Below, piece after piece: positions 13,331 through 27,480 of a stretch of DNA of 64,000 nucleotides. Positions within the stretch are counted from its first letter, which is position 1. Each line of letters starts with the position of its first letter. The translations under genes were made by a program, and so were the position numbers. Source of the stretch: Lytechinus pictus (taxonomy: Eukaryota); assembly GCF_037042905.1 (NCBI RefSeq), contig NC_087251.1, positions 24,430,001 to 24,494,000 of the forward strand, written 5' to 3'. The notes under the pieces are model-generated. The model saw nothing but the letters and a program-made list of their open reading frames with translations, ran no database searches and was not told the DNA's origin.

Positions 13331-16181
13331 ACAACATTCAAGATCTTACTCCAGACACAAACGATAAAAGTAAATCATCTGCTACACCCTGTTTGAAGAG
13401 AGAAAAATGGTGGTGGGGAGAGAAGTGCTGACATTTTTTCCCCCTTGATTCTTTCTCAATTCTTTATTTATTCGAGAGTATCTTGCACACTTCATACATT
13501 GTACATTGTAGAGATAGAAAACTGAGTGGACACTTCCTCAGACTAACACCACAGCATTCAAATATCTACTTCACCATTGGAATGGACACAATGATTCCAA
13601 GAACGAGTACACCTACTCTCACTGCACCCAACAATGGATGTGGTGTTCATTACCCTTTAGTTTTACCATACCTCTATCAAACATTAATATGTGATGGTGA
13701 TAGGTTTTAAAATGTGTTAAATGGTCCCTCGGAGGGATCTGTGTCACGTTGCTTTCTGATTTTTAGAGATCACTTGCTGAAACCTATGACAGAGATCCAC
13801 TTTGTACCAAATCATGTAGGGCTTTCAAACAAAATTTGATATCACTTTGTACAAGGAATATCTGCTTCAATAAAAGTGGAGATCTTACTTGTTTGGTATT
13901 TGTAAGGAATATCATTATTATATCTTAGGTCTTGAGCCCCGGTTTAAAAGCTGTTTGTGCAAGTGATAAACATTTACCAGAGAAAATGCCACACCCACTT
14001 TTCTTGCTCTGAAATGGATCAAATGAAAAATTGCCAGCCTTCTGTCATGTGACTGTGGACCGTCATAATAAAGAAACAATTTTTATTTTAATCAAAGAAA
14101 TAATGTTTCATACTTTTGTGAAAAAACACATCACAGTGTCTTAGAAACCAATCTCATGCATAGCCAGACAAGAAGTACGTTTCTACAGCAACAGAAACAT
14201 GAATGCCTTCCATCCAGACAAACATTAACAACTCCGATGACATTAAAGTACATCTTGTTTGCTCATGATGGAGATGAATTATCACATCCATGTTCCATGT
14301 TTACTTTATGTAATCCATTTTCTCTGAAAGCAAGGTTGGATTTGGTCTATGACGTCTTTCTCTTTAAAGAGGGTTCTATCATCTTAATTTTTTTAAATGA
14401 ATTAAGAAATGCAAAATATACATACTCATTTATCTAAGATGTTGATTTAAGTTTGACATGTAATTACATTTTACCTGTTACTTTGTGGAGGTCATGAATG
14501 CCTGACCCAAAAGCAATCAACATGTAACTTAATATACCAGTTTCTACTGATTAAGCAGACTTCATTTATCTAATGATAAAAAAGATCATGAATATTATTA
14601 AACTATGTGAATTATATTGGACTATCATCAAGACAATTAAAAAAATCTAAGAATAAGTTATTTTCCTTCTAGTATTTTTTTCTGAAAATTAAACATGACC
14701 TTCCAATTAAGATTAAGCCACCTCTCTGTAATGTCGACATCTTTCTTAAAAAAGGCCCTAGTTGACGAATCAGAAGGCTTAAGGCTATAAATAAGAAAAT
14801 TCTATCCAGAAATGTTGATCCCATTCCATGCATGAGGAGTGGATTTACACACAAACAGGGACAAGAACTTTTTGTCCACACTTAAGACATATCAGATTAT
14901 TTTGCATATTTCACACGTTTTAAAATCATAATCTTTCAATTAACTTGACAATGAATTCAAACTTTGAAAAAAAATGATTTTCATATTTTGCAAAACTTAA
15001 TAGGCATTAACTACCTATTTGCTATCATAACAAATCCCTATAAAGCTTCATCGATTCTCTCCCAAAAGGCAAAGAGTGCAGTTCCCCTGCATTCTTCTCC
15101 CCTTCAACGTCCCCTGCTAACCCTTTCAAAATGGCCCTGGCTGTATAAGAAGCTCATGAAGACGACTATTCAAGGTATGACAGTTAGCAGGGCCTGGCAA
15201 TGAGGTATGAAGGGTAGTGGAGTCTGCTAGATTTTCAGCTGTTTTCCCAACCGAGTATTATGAGCTGACTGCCTTCATGTGCACCTGGATACTGTACAAA
15301 CATAGCATTGTGACGACAGAGAGGATGATCGAGAGAGTACCAGACCTTTATGACAGGCTACTTTCCTACACCACCACTATCTCATGAATACTCTTCAAAA
15401 AATATAATGCACATATTTTTTTAATCTATCAACATATCTATCACTAGAATGTCCAATTCTGTACAAGCCAGGAATAGAACTAAATATAGTAAAGAGACAT
15501 ATTTTTAGATATTCTAGATTTTTTAGAGAGCTATGACAATAATGAATATTGGTCACAAGGGTCTGAGTGTGTGTTCGTCAATGCAATCTATTGATTTTCA
15601 TCTTCAAAATTCAACAAGAATGTCCACTCGTATGATTGAATTATTGTATCACGATCATCTCAATCCCAAGTTTGAATTTCAAAATTTAGCAAACTCATAA
15701 TTATTCTCTTGGGGGATCATTCTGATTATAGAAGTATGTCATTATATACTTCATATGATGAGACACAGAAAGGAAATCTACGAATGAAAAGGATAAAACT
15801 TTTAAAATATTAAAAGAGATGAAGTGATGAAGAAAAAACTCAGAAGCAACAAATAATCATATCACCGTGGTAACAGATACATTTCAGAGTTCTCGTGCGA
15901 AAGTTTTGTGAAAGCCGTGTCAGGTTTTCGTGACAACATTTGGTTTCATGATTAATGCATATTTGCAGGAACAGTAGTGAGAAGAGAAACATTGATTACC
16001 ATGCCAATTAAATTGTCCCGCCCGACCAGACAATCTTTTTAAAAATAAATGAGACTGTGATGTGATCCTCTTCAAATATTAACCAAGAAATAATCACAAA
16101 TGTCTCCATCATGATTTATAGCCCCATCTTACACTGGGTAAATACATCATGGAGTGTCAGACCCCAATCTCCTTGTCTTTT

Positions 16182-16376
16182 ACCCTTTTCTCACAGGCAA
16201 CATTTACCTTAACACCGTACTACAGTCGGGGCTAAACAGCAAGTTAGTCCCACCTATAGACTGGGTTAAGCCTCATGAATGGCTACCACTAGTCTGTGAT
16301 TACTGAATTTTGTGTGAGAAAAGCAAATATTTTCTTAGCCTCGGTTAGGCAGAAATTTTTCCTGTGTGTAAAGGGC
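16182..16376. mobile_element. Degraded MITE
   Basis: Imperfect TIRs CCCTTTTCTCACAGG / CCTGTGTGTAAAGGG. Confidence 0.55.
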
Positions 16377-17234
16377 ATTTTCAAAAAATGGATGTATGAC
16401 AAGAATATGTGAATATTATAGGCTGATCAGTAAAAACAGGCAGACACATCCACATTTGAAACAAAACCGCATTCATTAAAAGTATTTTAAAAAATGGTTT
16501 TAATGACAAAACCCTCTAAGCAGCTTGTGAAGGGAAACCGACATTGTTACAATGCTACGAGATATTAAAATGTACCTAGAAATACATGGACCATATATGC
16601 ACAAAACTAAAATTTACCTTAACTAAGAAAAAAGGAGTAACAAAATTTATGTTATGAAATCATTATTCCCTCGAAAAGGCCAGGGTTCTACATTAAACAC
16701 ATTCCATGCTGGCAGCGAACATTTATCCAAAAGGGCATTATTCTGAATGCCCATGTCACAAATATCTGTCCACCATGAGTAATACGCACTTTTATATCAG
16801 CAGGTCTTCATTACATGCGGTTACCTGCAAATCAATTCCCATGACTAGATTTCCCCTCCATTAGCTGTGCCTTTTTTTATTTTATTACAGACGAATGATG
16901 TAAGCTATTGAGTGTGAAGCCGCAGCTGATACTTTCCTCCCGTGTCTGCTAAAGACACTCAAAAACTCTAAAGATCAGATTCCTCTTCTTTAAGTCCATT
17001 TGATAAACTACTGCTTTGATGATAAAACTGATCTTACCGTGATATAGCAAAATCATTTCGTGAGATTAGCTAACAACAAAACCAAACTTGAAATTGAGTA
17101 TTTCCAGATTCCCTACAGTTGTTCTTGGATGGGATAATTACATAATAAGTGTCCATGTAAAACTTGATGTAATTTCATAAGACAACATTCAGCACCAGTT
17201 GTCAACACCAAAACCTGATTGCATTGAACAGTAT

Positions 17235-17633
17235 GGCCCGAATTCAAAAAGGTGGTTTTAAAACCATCGGTTGAACCCATGGTTAATGAAGATTTCCTGT
17301 ATAAATTACGCTTATTTACCGCGTATATTAAAAAATGTCCAATACTGATGCGCGCTTTTGTCACAGTGCGCCAAATTGGTGCCTGCTGCCGTGGTTAAGT
17401 ACACTATTTTATTCAAGAGTCCACCGTTTGAATAGTGGACTCATGAATTCTAAACAGTAGACTCATGAATAAAATAGCTATAACAACGCAACAGGCATCA
17501 ATTTGGCGCGCTGTGACAAAAGCGTGCATCAGCATTAGATATTTGTTTTAATATATGTGGTAAATAATCGTAATTTATACAGGAAATCTGCATAAACCAT
17601 GGGTTCAAACGATGGTTTTTGTGAATTCAGGCC
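17235..17633. mobile_element. Almost wholly palindromic (foldback) MITE, ~400 bp
   Basis: Arm GGCCCGAATTCAAAAA...AACCCATGGTTAATGAAGATTTCCTGTATAAATTACG...TGTCACAGTGCGCCAAATTG is mirrored on the right with mismatches. A related left-end fragment lies at ~51085. Confidence 0.85.
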
Positions 17634-19979
17634 ATTGTGTAATCAATCATACACATTGATAGTACAATCAATCACTAAGCTGTGCTACAAAACACAGTTT
17701 CTCTTCAAGTTTGGTGTTGTGGCCAGTCCAAGAAGATGCCCAAAACACCAGCTGTCAAAAATTATTTTGAAGTCAGCCGATGATTTGATAAAATTCTTTA
17801 TCCTTCTGCTATAACACCTAATTTCTTAACATTGTGTGTTTAATCTGATACATATTTTCAGGGCTGAATTCATTGATTTCTTGACTGGATTGCGCATATG
17901 AATAAAGTGATCTAATTATGCTGTATACTAGTTCTGAGATGGACTGCCTATGCAAGGAGTTCAATAGCTTCCAATAATATGACAAAAACTCTGTTACTCT
18001 TCTTCTCCATGAGTATAAAAACAGCAAGCAATTGCTTTGCTGAGGATTAAATATAATTCATTTCATGTATATAGAATTATCTGCATAGATGAATTTCCAC
18101 CTAATTTCCATTAGGTTTTCATTTATTTCAATGATATTCACCTAAAAAGATGGGTGAAATGTCAGATGATCTCACTCGGCACCTTTTCATAAGCATATAA
18201 TCAGCATTTTTTATTGGTATTTAAATGAAAATAGGAAAGGACGTGACCATGTTTTAAATCAAAATGCAAAACAAAGGCCTGAAAATGTGACACCCTTTGA
18301 AATATCATTGTATCCATCTAATGGGCCATTGCAAGAAATATTCAATTGCAAATAATAAAAAAAACATTCAATTGCAAACCAAGTTGAGTCTCAATATCAA
18401 GCATAATGGAGTAATGAGACAAATTTGAGTTTAATCAACAAAAAAATGTGTGATTTTTGGACTTATACTTTGCACCATATCAATGAAGAGTGATTGGCAT
18501 TGCCTGTTAATTTCTGCCTAATTTGCACATCAGATCATTATAATATTTCTACTATGCATATCTATTGCAAGAATAGTATTAAAAAAGACAATGCTCCACA
18601 GAGCTACCAAGGAAGGTTGGCTGAACAATCTATTTTCATAAGTTCAATTATCTTTTCTTTTCCACCTATGAAGAAATACATGGTTTTATCAGCTCTGATT
18701 GATAAGCATTTCATTAATCAGACATTATTTGTGCAACGATGATGTATTATTGATGCTACCCACGTGAGCGCCTGCTAAAGTACATCTGGTAAGGATGTGA
18801 GAACATCATCATTGTGTACCGTATCTAGGCAACAGCACAACACTTCTACTTGGTGAGATTATGTCTGGTTTCACAATGTACCTAATAATGGTTTATATGG
18901 TCCATTCATTCTCTTAAAGCGCAAAGAAAGTACATCAGCAATTCATGAATTATACATACGGGAACCAAATATAGCGACGTATCAAGGAAGTAAACTGTGA
19001 TAGGTAAACATTTGTAAGTCTCTGATTGTCAAATTCTGTTTGATTTATAATCATTCTTTCTATTCATCTTCTGAGAAAATGATTTTGAGGACAGATTCTA
19101 GATCTATGGTGACACAAGTCTTAACTGAAGTCTTTACCTTAGAAAGCACCTCTACATCACTGTTTTCCACAACAGGCTCTGGGGAAAACAGGATTGAATC
19201 GAAACAGTAACCTTTCATTTTCCCTATTTCTGAAATGAATTTTAGGGTATGAATTCTTCAGTAACACTATGAGCAACAAGGAGATCAATTCAAGGAAAAC
19301 TCCATGTATCAAGCTTTGCAAGGGAATAATAATTGCAACATTGTTCTAAAACTCCCATAGATAAATATATAGGGTTGATTATTGATCATTACAATTTAAA
19401 ACACATAGAGAGAGAAATGTTTTTAAATCAAGGCTTTCTCCATGATCAGTACCCTAGCGTATAACATCTTAATAGTTTTTTTTTAAATAAATAGGGAAGA
19501 TTCATTATGAATGAAAATGAAATACTAATTAATTCAAAAATCTGGGTACAAAATATCACTATCCATGCAGCATCATGATACACAGATAGGAAATATATAT
19601 AATCTTGAATATTATTATCATATTGAGTATAAATGCAATATGGATGTTGAACATGCATCATCACCCACCTATAAAAGCCTCCTTTTCATCCCATCCTTGG
19701 ACCCAATGAGCCATAGAAAGTTCAAGATCATTCAGATGAATAAAGAGCTGGTCAAAGTAGCCATGTAGACAATGTGTGAATATATCACACCTGACCTTAT
19801 CCTTTAACATGGAAATGACAATGCCACATTGGAGTGTAATAAAGGATACATTTAATGCGAATCTATTAGGCAATGAGGCGTTTACAAAGTTCATATCCGA
19901 AAAAGATATCGATAAAAGCATTCCAATATCATAGACTGGTAAATGGGAAAAATAATGAATGTCAAGTTGAACCTGTTAA

Positions 19980-20863
19980 AGGTCAAGTCCACCTTAATTA
20001 AATGTTGATTTTAATCAATAAAGAAAAATCCAATAAGTATAATGCTGAAAATTTCATCAAAATCGGATGTAAAATAAGAAAGTTATGACAGTTTCAAGTT
20101 TCACTTATTTTTCACAATATAGTTATATGAACAAGTCACTGACATGCAAATGAGAGAGTCGATGATGTCCCACACTATTTTTGTTGTCTTTATTGTTTGA
20201 AATATACAATATTTAATTCTTTAAAACAAATTTAACAATAGGAACCAACTTGACTAAATCATGAAATGTTTTAAGAATGGTAATTTCACATGTTCAGAGG
20301 GGAATAAAACTTTCTTTCACATGACAATGAGGGGAAAATTAGAATATTTCATATTTCATATAATAAAATACAAAAGGAATAGTGAATGGATGATGTCATC
20401 AGTCCCCTCATTTGCATACAGACCAAAAATGTAACTATTTTGTGAAATTAAGCGAAACTTCTTATTTTACATCCGACTTTGATGAAATTTTCAATGCTAT
20501 GCTTGTTGTTCCCCCCCCCCCCCGGGGGGGGGGGGGGGTGCTACTCAAAATATAACATGATACCTATGTGCCACACCAAAGTAAAAAATAGGGGGCTCTG
20601 GATCTAAATATTCGTCTTAAAAATGGGGGTTTCCGGAACAGCCCTAGAATCAATGATTGCTAAAAATGCAATGCTCTGGAACTGACCACATAAAAAATGA
20701 GGGTCTCCGGAACTCATATGAATCCGCGTTGATCAAGCTCGCCGCCCCAACCGGCTTGAGTAGTTCATGATGGACGTGTACTGGAAAAAGAAACCACAAA
20801 TTTTAGGGTCTCTATTTTTCTCTTTTCATTCAAATGAACTTTCTATTGGGGTGGACTTGTCCT
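19980..20863. mobile_element. Kolobok-like (TTAA|AGG) MITE copy 1, with internal insertion at ~20511-20800
   Basis: TTAA at 19976-19979 and 20864-20867; TIR AGG(T/A)CAAGTCCACC. Body is homologous to 46977-47550 and 61833-62310. The insert begins C13G15TGCTACTC and carries AAATGRGGGTYTCCGGAAC repeats. Confidence 0.85.
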
Positions 20864-21429
20864 TTAATTTTAATCTATTAGTAATGGTTTGCAATTTTCC
20901 GTCACAAGCTGTAGCCTGTCTATAAAAAAAAAACATTCATGATGCAATTTCAAATTTTCATAGTATAAATAATAAGGAATGTTACAGGATTTATTGTCAC
21001 ACTTGTCATAGCATTGTCAGGAAAAAGGCCTGTTAATGTAGGGCTGTGATTTGGACCTATTCAAATATACCCAAATGAATTAATCTAAATGTAAAATTAA
21101 TCATACATGCAAAGCCACAGCTGAGTGTAAAAGAAAGAATACAAGATGTGAGTATAAAAGAAAGAATACGTATTCATGCCTTTTAATGGACGTATAATTT
21201 TATATATAAATATGAATTCAAGATTTAGTGCCAGGTCGCCTAATACACACAAAAAAATGTCTACCATCATAGTATTAGTCTCGCTGATTTTTCCTTCATT
21301 CTTCAAAATATAAAATTAACTGTGATATGTATGGACCCGAATAAATTTTATAATAAATTTTCAGATCTAATACCTCTCTGTCTCTCAGGTAACTATTATA
21401 AAGGGTGAGGATGGGCTATCCTGTAACAG

Positions 21430-21860
21430 GAAAGGAGAATACTAGCGGGTGAAACCAAAGGCAGATTGTACTAGCCCCTTGGCAGATTAATTATCGCATG
21501 TCTTTTATCTCAGGAGCTCAGTGCCGGTATATCTCTTCTAGATTGGGTTCAGGGTGGTAGTCAGGGCGGGCCTGGGAAACGATACCAATCCCCAAATTAA
21601 CAAAATCACATCTCTGATTGAGTACGCTCTCCGGCTTCACACGCCGAAACCGAACGACGCTGACGATGATGACCGGCACACAGATCCGCACGCACGTTCG
21701 GCATGCATAATCCTTGGTTTACATTTGTGCGGAACGTTTCGTGCGCTGAATAATCAATTGGATTATGTATGCTCAACAAACTTGGAAATTGCATCGGGGC
21801 ATGACTGGATTGATGGGGGGAGGGGGGGGTCAGGATGGCATGCAATGACAACTAGGTGAA
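21430..21860. promoter_or_regulatory. CpG-rich island, candidate enhancer (K50 homeodomain/Fox/Onecut motifs)
   Basis: TAATCC 21708-21713, GGATTA 21760-21765, GTTTACA 21717-21723 and TAATCAATTGGATT 21751-21764. No TIRs seen. Confidence 0.4.
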
Positions 21861-22691
21861 GCATGAATTCTTACTCCATCAAATAAATGCACAGTCGTAG
21901 CAAAGTGAGAGCTGTAATACCAACTTCACAATTTTCATAATACTCTTCAGCATCTATGCTAAAAAACAGAATAAAATCCTTAGCCATTCATAAATGGGTA
22001 TGAATGGAAAGAGAGGGAGGGAGGGCAGGCGGGCGAGGAAAAAGTATTTCATAGTAAAAAAAAGATGAATGAACATTAATCAGAGGGTAAGAAACCATCA
22101 GTCAATCATGGATGACTCAGCTAGAGTTTATCAGACAGCCTGGACCATACCCCATCCTACCTGTCCCGACTGCCTTCAATGACTGCCATACTCTCAAGAA
22201 TACGTGCAATGATACGTGCAACACCCATTTCAAAAACAGGGTAGTGGAGAAGAAAAATCCCCAGGGCAGCGGGAAGTGGATGAGAAGGAATGAATAGAGC
22301 TCAAGTCAATTTAATCACTTACTCTGTATGATGAGACATGAATGAAAGCCAATGGCTTTGCTATTAACAAGCCCAAGGAAAAGATAAACAATTTGCGATT
22401 GAAATCCACTGATTGTTATGCACTCATCTCACAATAAAGCTCTCCTTTATGACCAGATGAATATTGATAATTTCAGAGTGAAAAATAACCCGATTTGGAA
22501 ACAAAAATTGTAGAAAAACAGTCCTCTTGAAATAGGCTTCAGCAGTTTGCCATTTTTTAAAACTAGCACAAGGATATTTAAAAAATATTGAAGGATATCG
22601 ATTTATTATCACTTTTCAATATAATATATCAAAAACCTTATTTGTCTTCAAAGTGTTCATTATCAAGATATTGAAAAATGAAGTCAGTTAA

Positions 22692-23245
22692 AGGGATGCT
22701 CCAGGCTGAAGATATGATTTTAACAGATAAAGAAAAATCAGACAAACAAAACACTGAAAATTTGGACAAGGAATATCAAAGTTATGGCTTTTAAAGATTT
22801 GCATTATTCTGGTGAAACAGTTCTCGGCATGTCTTCATGAATATTTAATAAGCAATTTGATAATTTCATATCCCCACTTGTTCTTTTGTATTTTATTATA
22901 TGAAATTAAGTTTATTCAATTTTTCTACCAAGAACTGAAAAAATGGAATGACAACTGATTGAGTGCATTAGCTATTTATTGCTGCAACTTATTTCATTAT
23001 AAAGGAGACACATTGTTCACACATGTGTGAAAAAATGAAACAATTATGATTTTATGTAATAACAAAAGAAAAAGAATGAATATTTATGATGACATGCATA
23101 TAACTATTTTCACAAAATATCGCTAAACTTAAAAATTAAATAACTTTGTTATTTGTTATCTGATTTTGATGGAATTTTCGGCATTTTGCTTGATGAATTT
23201 ACTCTATTTATTTAGATAGAAATGTTTTAAGCCCAGAGTATCCCT
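22692..23245. mobile_element. Kolobok-like MITE (second family)
   Basis: TTAA|AGGGATGCTCCAGGCT ... AGCCCAGAGTATCCCT|TTAA, with long subterminal inverted similarity. Confidence 0.8.
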
Positions 23246-25009
23246 TTAAATAGTATAAGCAAAATTGAAATCTCAATTGCAAACTTTACATCCAAAGGGA
23301 GGTCTTAAAAAAGAAAAAGAAATCCCCTTCCCCAAATTTCCATGACACATTATCGGGGGGGTTGACGCTCCAGCAGCTACTAGCTGTCAGTGAATTATTT
23401 GGTGTCAAGCATTAATTATATGCAGTGACTCATTGTATCCCTATCAAACCCAGACAAAAGCTAAAATGGTTCCATTCACAGACTGGGGTCCACCTTTTCA
23501 GACATGCTCAATTGACGACAAGGCAAGATTTACCCTCAAATTTCCCTCCCTCTTCATTTGCCTTCTGCTTCTTTTTCTCTCCTTATATCATTCTACTCAA
23601 AATGTACCTCCTTTGTTGTCTGGGAGGTTGCTTTTGCTTCCATTTGCCTGATTTGATTTTAACTAAGGTTTACCATTTTAAACTTTAACACTTCCAGTTT
23701 CTTTTCAACCCTTGGCATTTATCACAGCTAGCCTATCCCTGTTATCTCAAACCATTGAATAATTAATGAAATATTGTTTTATTCTTGAGCAGCAATATTA
23801 TGAAATCAGTTATGTAATGTACCAGGGATACAGAATACAGACCTGGGGATCCAGGCACTTAATGCTACCTCTATTATAACTCTAAACACTGGAACAATAA
23901 TAAATATGGTAACAGTAGCATAGTAAACATGATATTAGATTAGAAAAAAAACTCTGACATAACAACTTTGATGAAGAGTGAACTAGCACGCGCCATTCAC
24001 ATGAAGCGGTTTAATTAGAGTCTAAATTAAGGGTCCTTTTCTCCTGGCTGGACTGATTAAAAATCTCTACCATACGCTCCCAGGGCAGTGCCAATCTTCT
24101 TTCATTTGCCACTGTAATTTGCAGCCCTCCACCAAATGAGCACCTCTGTAAGATTTGCAAAACAAGAATGCCGTTGTTGTTGTTGTTTCTCACATCTGGT
24201 ACAGGATGAGATAATCGCCAGTTAGTGATTAAGTTACCAAGATGGGATGGAGTTTTTTAGGAAGGTTCTCGGCGTTCATCTTCACGTTGGGTTAATGATT
24301 CATGATGCACAAGGGGTAGTTGGAAGTGGGTAAAACGAGTAGGGGGGAAATTGATGAGGAATAGAAGAATGTAAAAAGGGGAGAGTTATAAATTCATCAC
24401 TTGATATATGGCTTAAAAACATTTGGTTCATTATCATCTATCACAGCCATCATTGGAGCCTATTAAACCAAGAAAGATGCATTATTACGCTGTAAAACAA
24501 AAATGTAGGGAATATAGCAGCAAAAAAGGCTTTCTTAAAAGAATTTACAACACCCATCTCTTCTTAGCTCCGCTGAAAAAGCTTTTAGACCTCACTTATT
24601 GGACCTATAAAGATGTCACCCCATCTCCCTGGTTTTATAACTAGATGAATCTTGATGCCCAGTTGCAAATTGCAGGAGTTAATAATTGATCAAGGCTCTG
24701 GAGTTCTGAAGAGTGTAGAAAGCCTACACTCTCAAAACGGTATTGTTCAAAAGGGTAGAAAATGACAGGTTAAATGAATTGACCAACTGCAGCTGGTCGG
24801 TTCGTCTATAAACCAACCAATTTCAAACCAAATGTTCAAGAGATTCGAAGACAAGAAGCTGGGGTTTTAACAGAAAGACAAGCAATACTTTCAGTTCATT
24901 AATTCACAGCTGATGCAAAAAACTAAAATTTTGCAATTCAGTAATCTGGCTGGAAATTAATTATTGATAAACTGATATCATTATCATCATCAGAGCTAAT
25001 GTTTTCTTT

Positions 25010-25300
25010 CATTTGATGGCTGTATGTGGCATTGCCCTAATACCCCTTTCATACTGGCCTCTTCCTTTTTCCCCAGCGAACTTCTGCGGCACACATTCCT
25101 CACTTCCCCGGCAAAGAGAAAATTGTGCCATTTTGCACTGACATCTCTTCCCCGGCGAAATTCGACGGGCGATTTGTTTGGGCAGAAGTAATTTCTTAAT
25201 TTTCCTATACTGCAATAAAGCATGCGACGTTATTGTTAGCCCGAGCAGAACAAGCTCGGCACGTGCACAACTGTACAATTTCATTAAATGATCTAACTGG
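25010..25300. promoter_or_regulatory. CpG-rich island, candidate enhancer with a Hes class B site
   Basis: GGCACGTG 25258-25265, CACTTCC at 25101, CATTCC at ~25094 and repeated TTCCCCRGCRAA-like words. Confidence 0.35.
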
Positions 25301-25984
25301 TTTCATTTGATACAATTATCATAATTATTAAAATGCTTGTGAATCAAAATAATGACAAGAATTGTAACCATGTGGCAATGATTTAAATCACAAGAAATTT
25401 GAATTATATAATCAAAATCATTGTGGAAATATTGAAATATAAATCATATAAAATCAACATATGCTGGTATCACAAGCAGTCAGTTTGTTGTTAATGTTCT
25501 GCAACATGACGTATGACACGATAAATGATTCTCCGATTGACAAAAATCATCACTGACATGTGCAATTTCCCATGAATTTCAGGAAATATTCTGATTTGAT
25601 ATGTTACCATCTTTAGATATAAAATTTGCCCATAATGTTTTAGATGAAGTGATGACATGTGCTGCTCTCGCTCTCTCTCAATTAATAGCAGTTGCTTTCT
25701 TGATGAACCACCAAGTAATTCGTGGGTAAAACCGTTGGGTAAAAGATCAATCAACCATAATTTGATGGAAATAAACTTACTTTTTATCAAAACTATGATT
25801 AGTCAACTAATGAATAATTCCAACAAATCATAGTCGTTTTATACAATAAAGATGAACCATTGACAGTGCAATTTTTCACACATTTAGGGGGGTCATGCAT
25901 ATGCAAGAGTCCCTCCCCTCCCATTATATAACAGCCTCATATTCCATTTTCACTTCAGAAGCAACAAGCAAGTGCCTGCAATAG

Positions 25985-27480
25985 GGCTTATTATATTCAC
26001 TCGCGTTCGTAATCACTCGCGTCGGGTTGGTAATCACACGCGTTTTTGATTTTTGGCGATTTTTTTTTTTTCGGTGCGATTTTTTTTCTAACGGTGTCTT
26101 CAATGGGACAAACGTACTGGAAAAATAAAATAATATTGAAATTCGAGTTTCGTTTTATTTTAAGCTGGTAAGTGCCTTAAATAAAACGTTCTCGACCACT
26201 GATAACAAGATAAGATAACAAGCAAATTTTGACTACTGTTTTAACATAATCACATTCCACATCTTAAATCTTAGAGCCATAGGCGGCGGAAGCGGGGGGG
26301 GGCTCCCCCTAAAAAAAGAGAGAGGGGGGGGGGAGAAAGGAAGGGAAAGAGGGAGAAAAGAGAAAGAAAAAAAAAGACAGACAGAAAGAAAGAAGCAAGG
26401 AAAAAAGGAGAAAGAAAGGAGAAAAGGAATAAAGAAGAAAAAGGAGGAAAGGCTACTCTCGATTTAGCTTTGCCTTTGGAGGATTTTCCTGAAGTCTGTG
26501 GTATTCTTTATAAAGCATAATGAGGTGCTACAATTTCATAATATCACTATTTATTTGCTTCTCCCTTTCTTTGTGAATTATTCTACACTAACGTAAAAAT
26601 TAGGGAGGAAAAAAGTGCTGAAGAAGAAAAGCAAGAAGGAAGGAGGAGGAGAAGTAGAAGAAGAAAAAAGAAGATGGAGGACATAAGGGGGTAAAAATGA
26701 AACTAAAAAGAGAAAATTGAGGGGAGGATGTAGAAGAAGAGAAAGAGAAAATAAAATAAGGGGAAGACTGAGAAGAGAAAAGGAAGAAGTGAGAAGGGAG
26801 ATGAACAATAAGGAGAAAGGGAAGAAATTGAGAAGTAGAAGAACAGGGAGAAGAATAAGATGACATAATAATGGGAATAAAAAGAAGACTGAGAAGAAAG
26901 AGAAGTAGGAGGGGGAGTAAAGTGCACTCTGGTTACAAAGAAGTCCGAGGGACCAACAAAATTGTTCCTTTATACAAATAATTGTGTGTGTGTGTGATAT
27001 AAGTTTTTTTTTATTTTTTAGAGTGGTCACAAAATTCGAGCGGAGTTGACCTTCCTTAGAGCAACACGCTTGTGTGTTGCTGCCCTCTACGTTCGTTGAT
27101 ATTGACCAAAAGCTTCGGTCTTTGTGTGTATTAATTATTATGTTGGTTGTTCCGCTGAACTCCGTTGGCTCCACTCACCAAATACAGAGAAATAAAAAGA
27201 AATTAAAAATGTTTGAAAAAAACTCCTCGAAACAGACTGCTGCCAGCTGTCTGGGGCGGATCAAGCTTGTTATCTATTCTTGGTACTTAGAACAGTAGTC
27301 GAGTACATTTTATTTTAAGGCACTTAATTGCCGGCTTAAAACGAAACTCAAATTTCCCTGCATGTCTGTCCCATTGAAGACACCGTTTAAAAAAAATCGC
27401 ACCGAAATAAAAAAAATCGCCAAAAATTCAAAACGCGAGTGATTACGAACCAGAACGCGACGCGAGTGATTATAACTGCC
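25985..27480. mobile_element. Non-autonomous long-TIR (Mutator/foldback-like) element, 1.5 kb
   Basis: Imperfect TIRs of ~190 bp (GGC..TTATA(T/A)TCACTCGCG...AACGGTGTCTTCAATGGGACA...AAGTGCCTTAAA). Direct repeat TGCAATAG at 25977-25984 and 27481-27488. Purine-rich low-complexity interior. Confidence 0.85.

Noticed and set aside
21554..21859. 101-aa + strand ORF as a nested gene
   Set aside because: GTG start, no homology recognised, and open frames on both strands are expected in a GC-richer island.
26578..27174. 198-aa ORF, and similar F/L/S-rich ORFs at 7588, 31358, 36523 and 39322
   Set aside because: Translations of purine/pyrimidine low-complexity tracts; no domain features.
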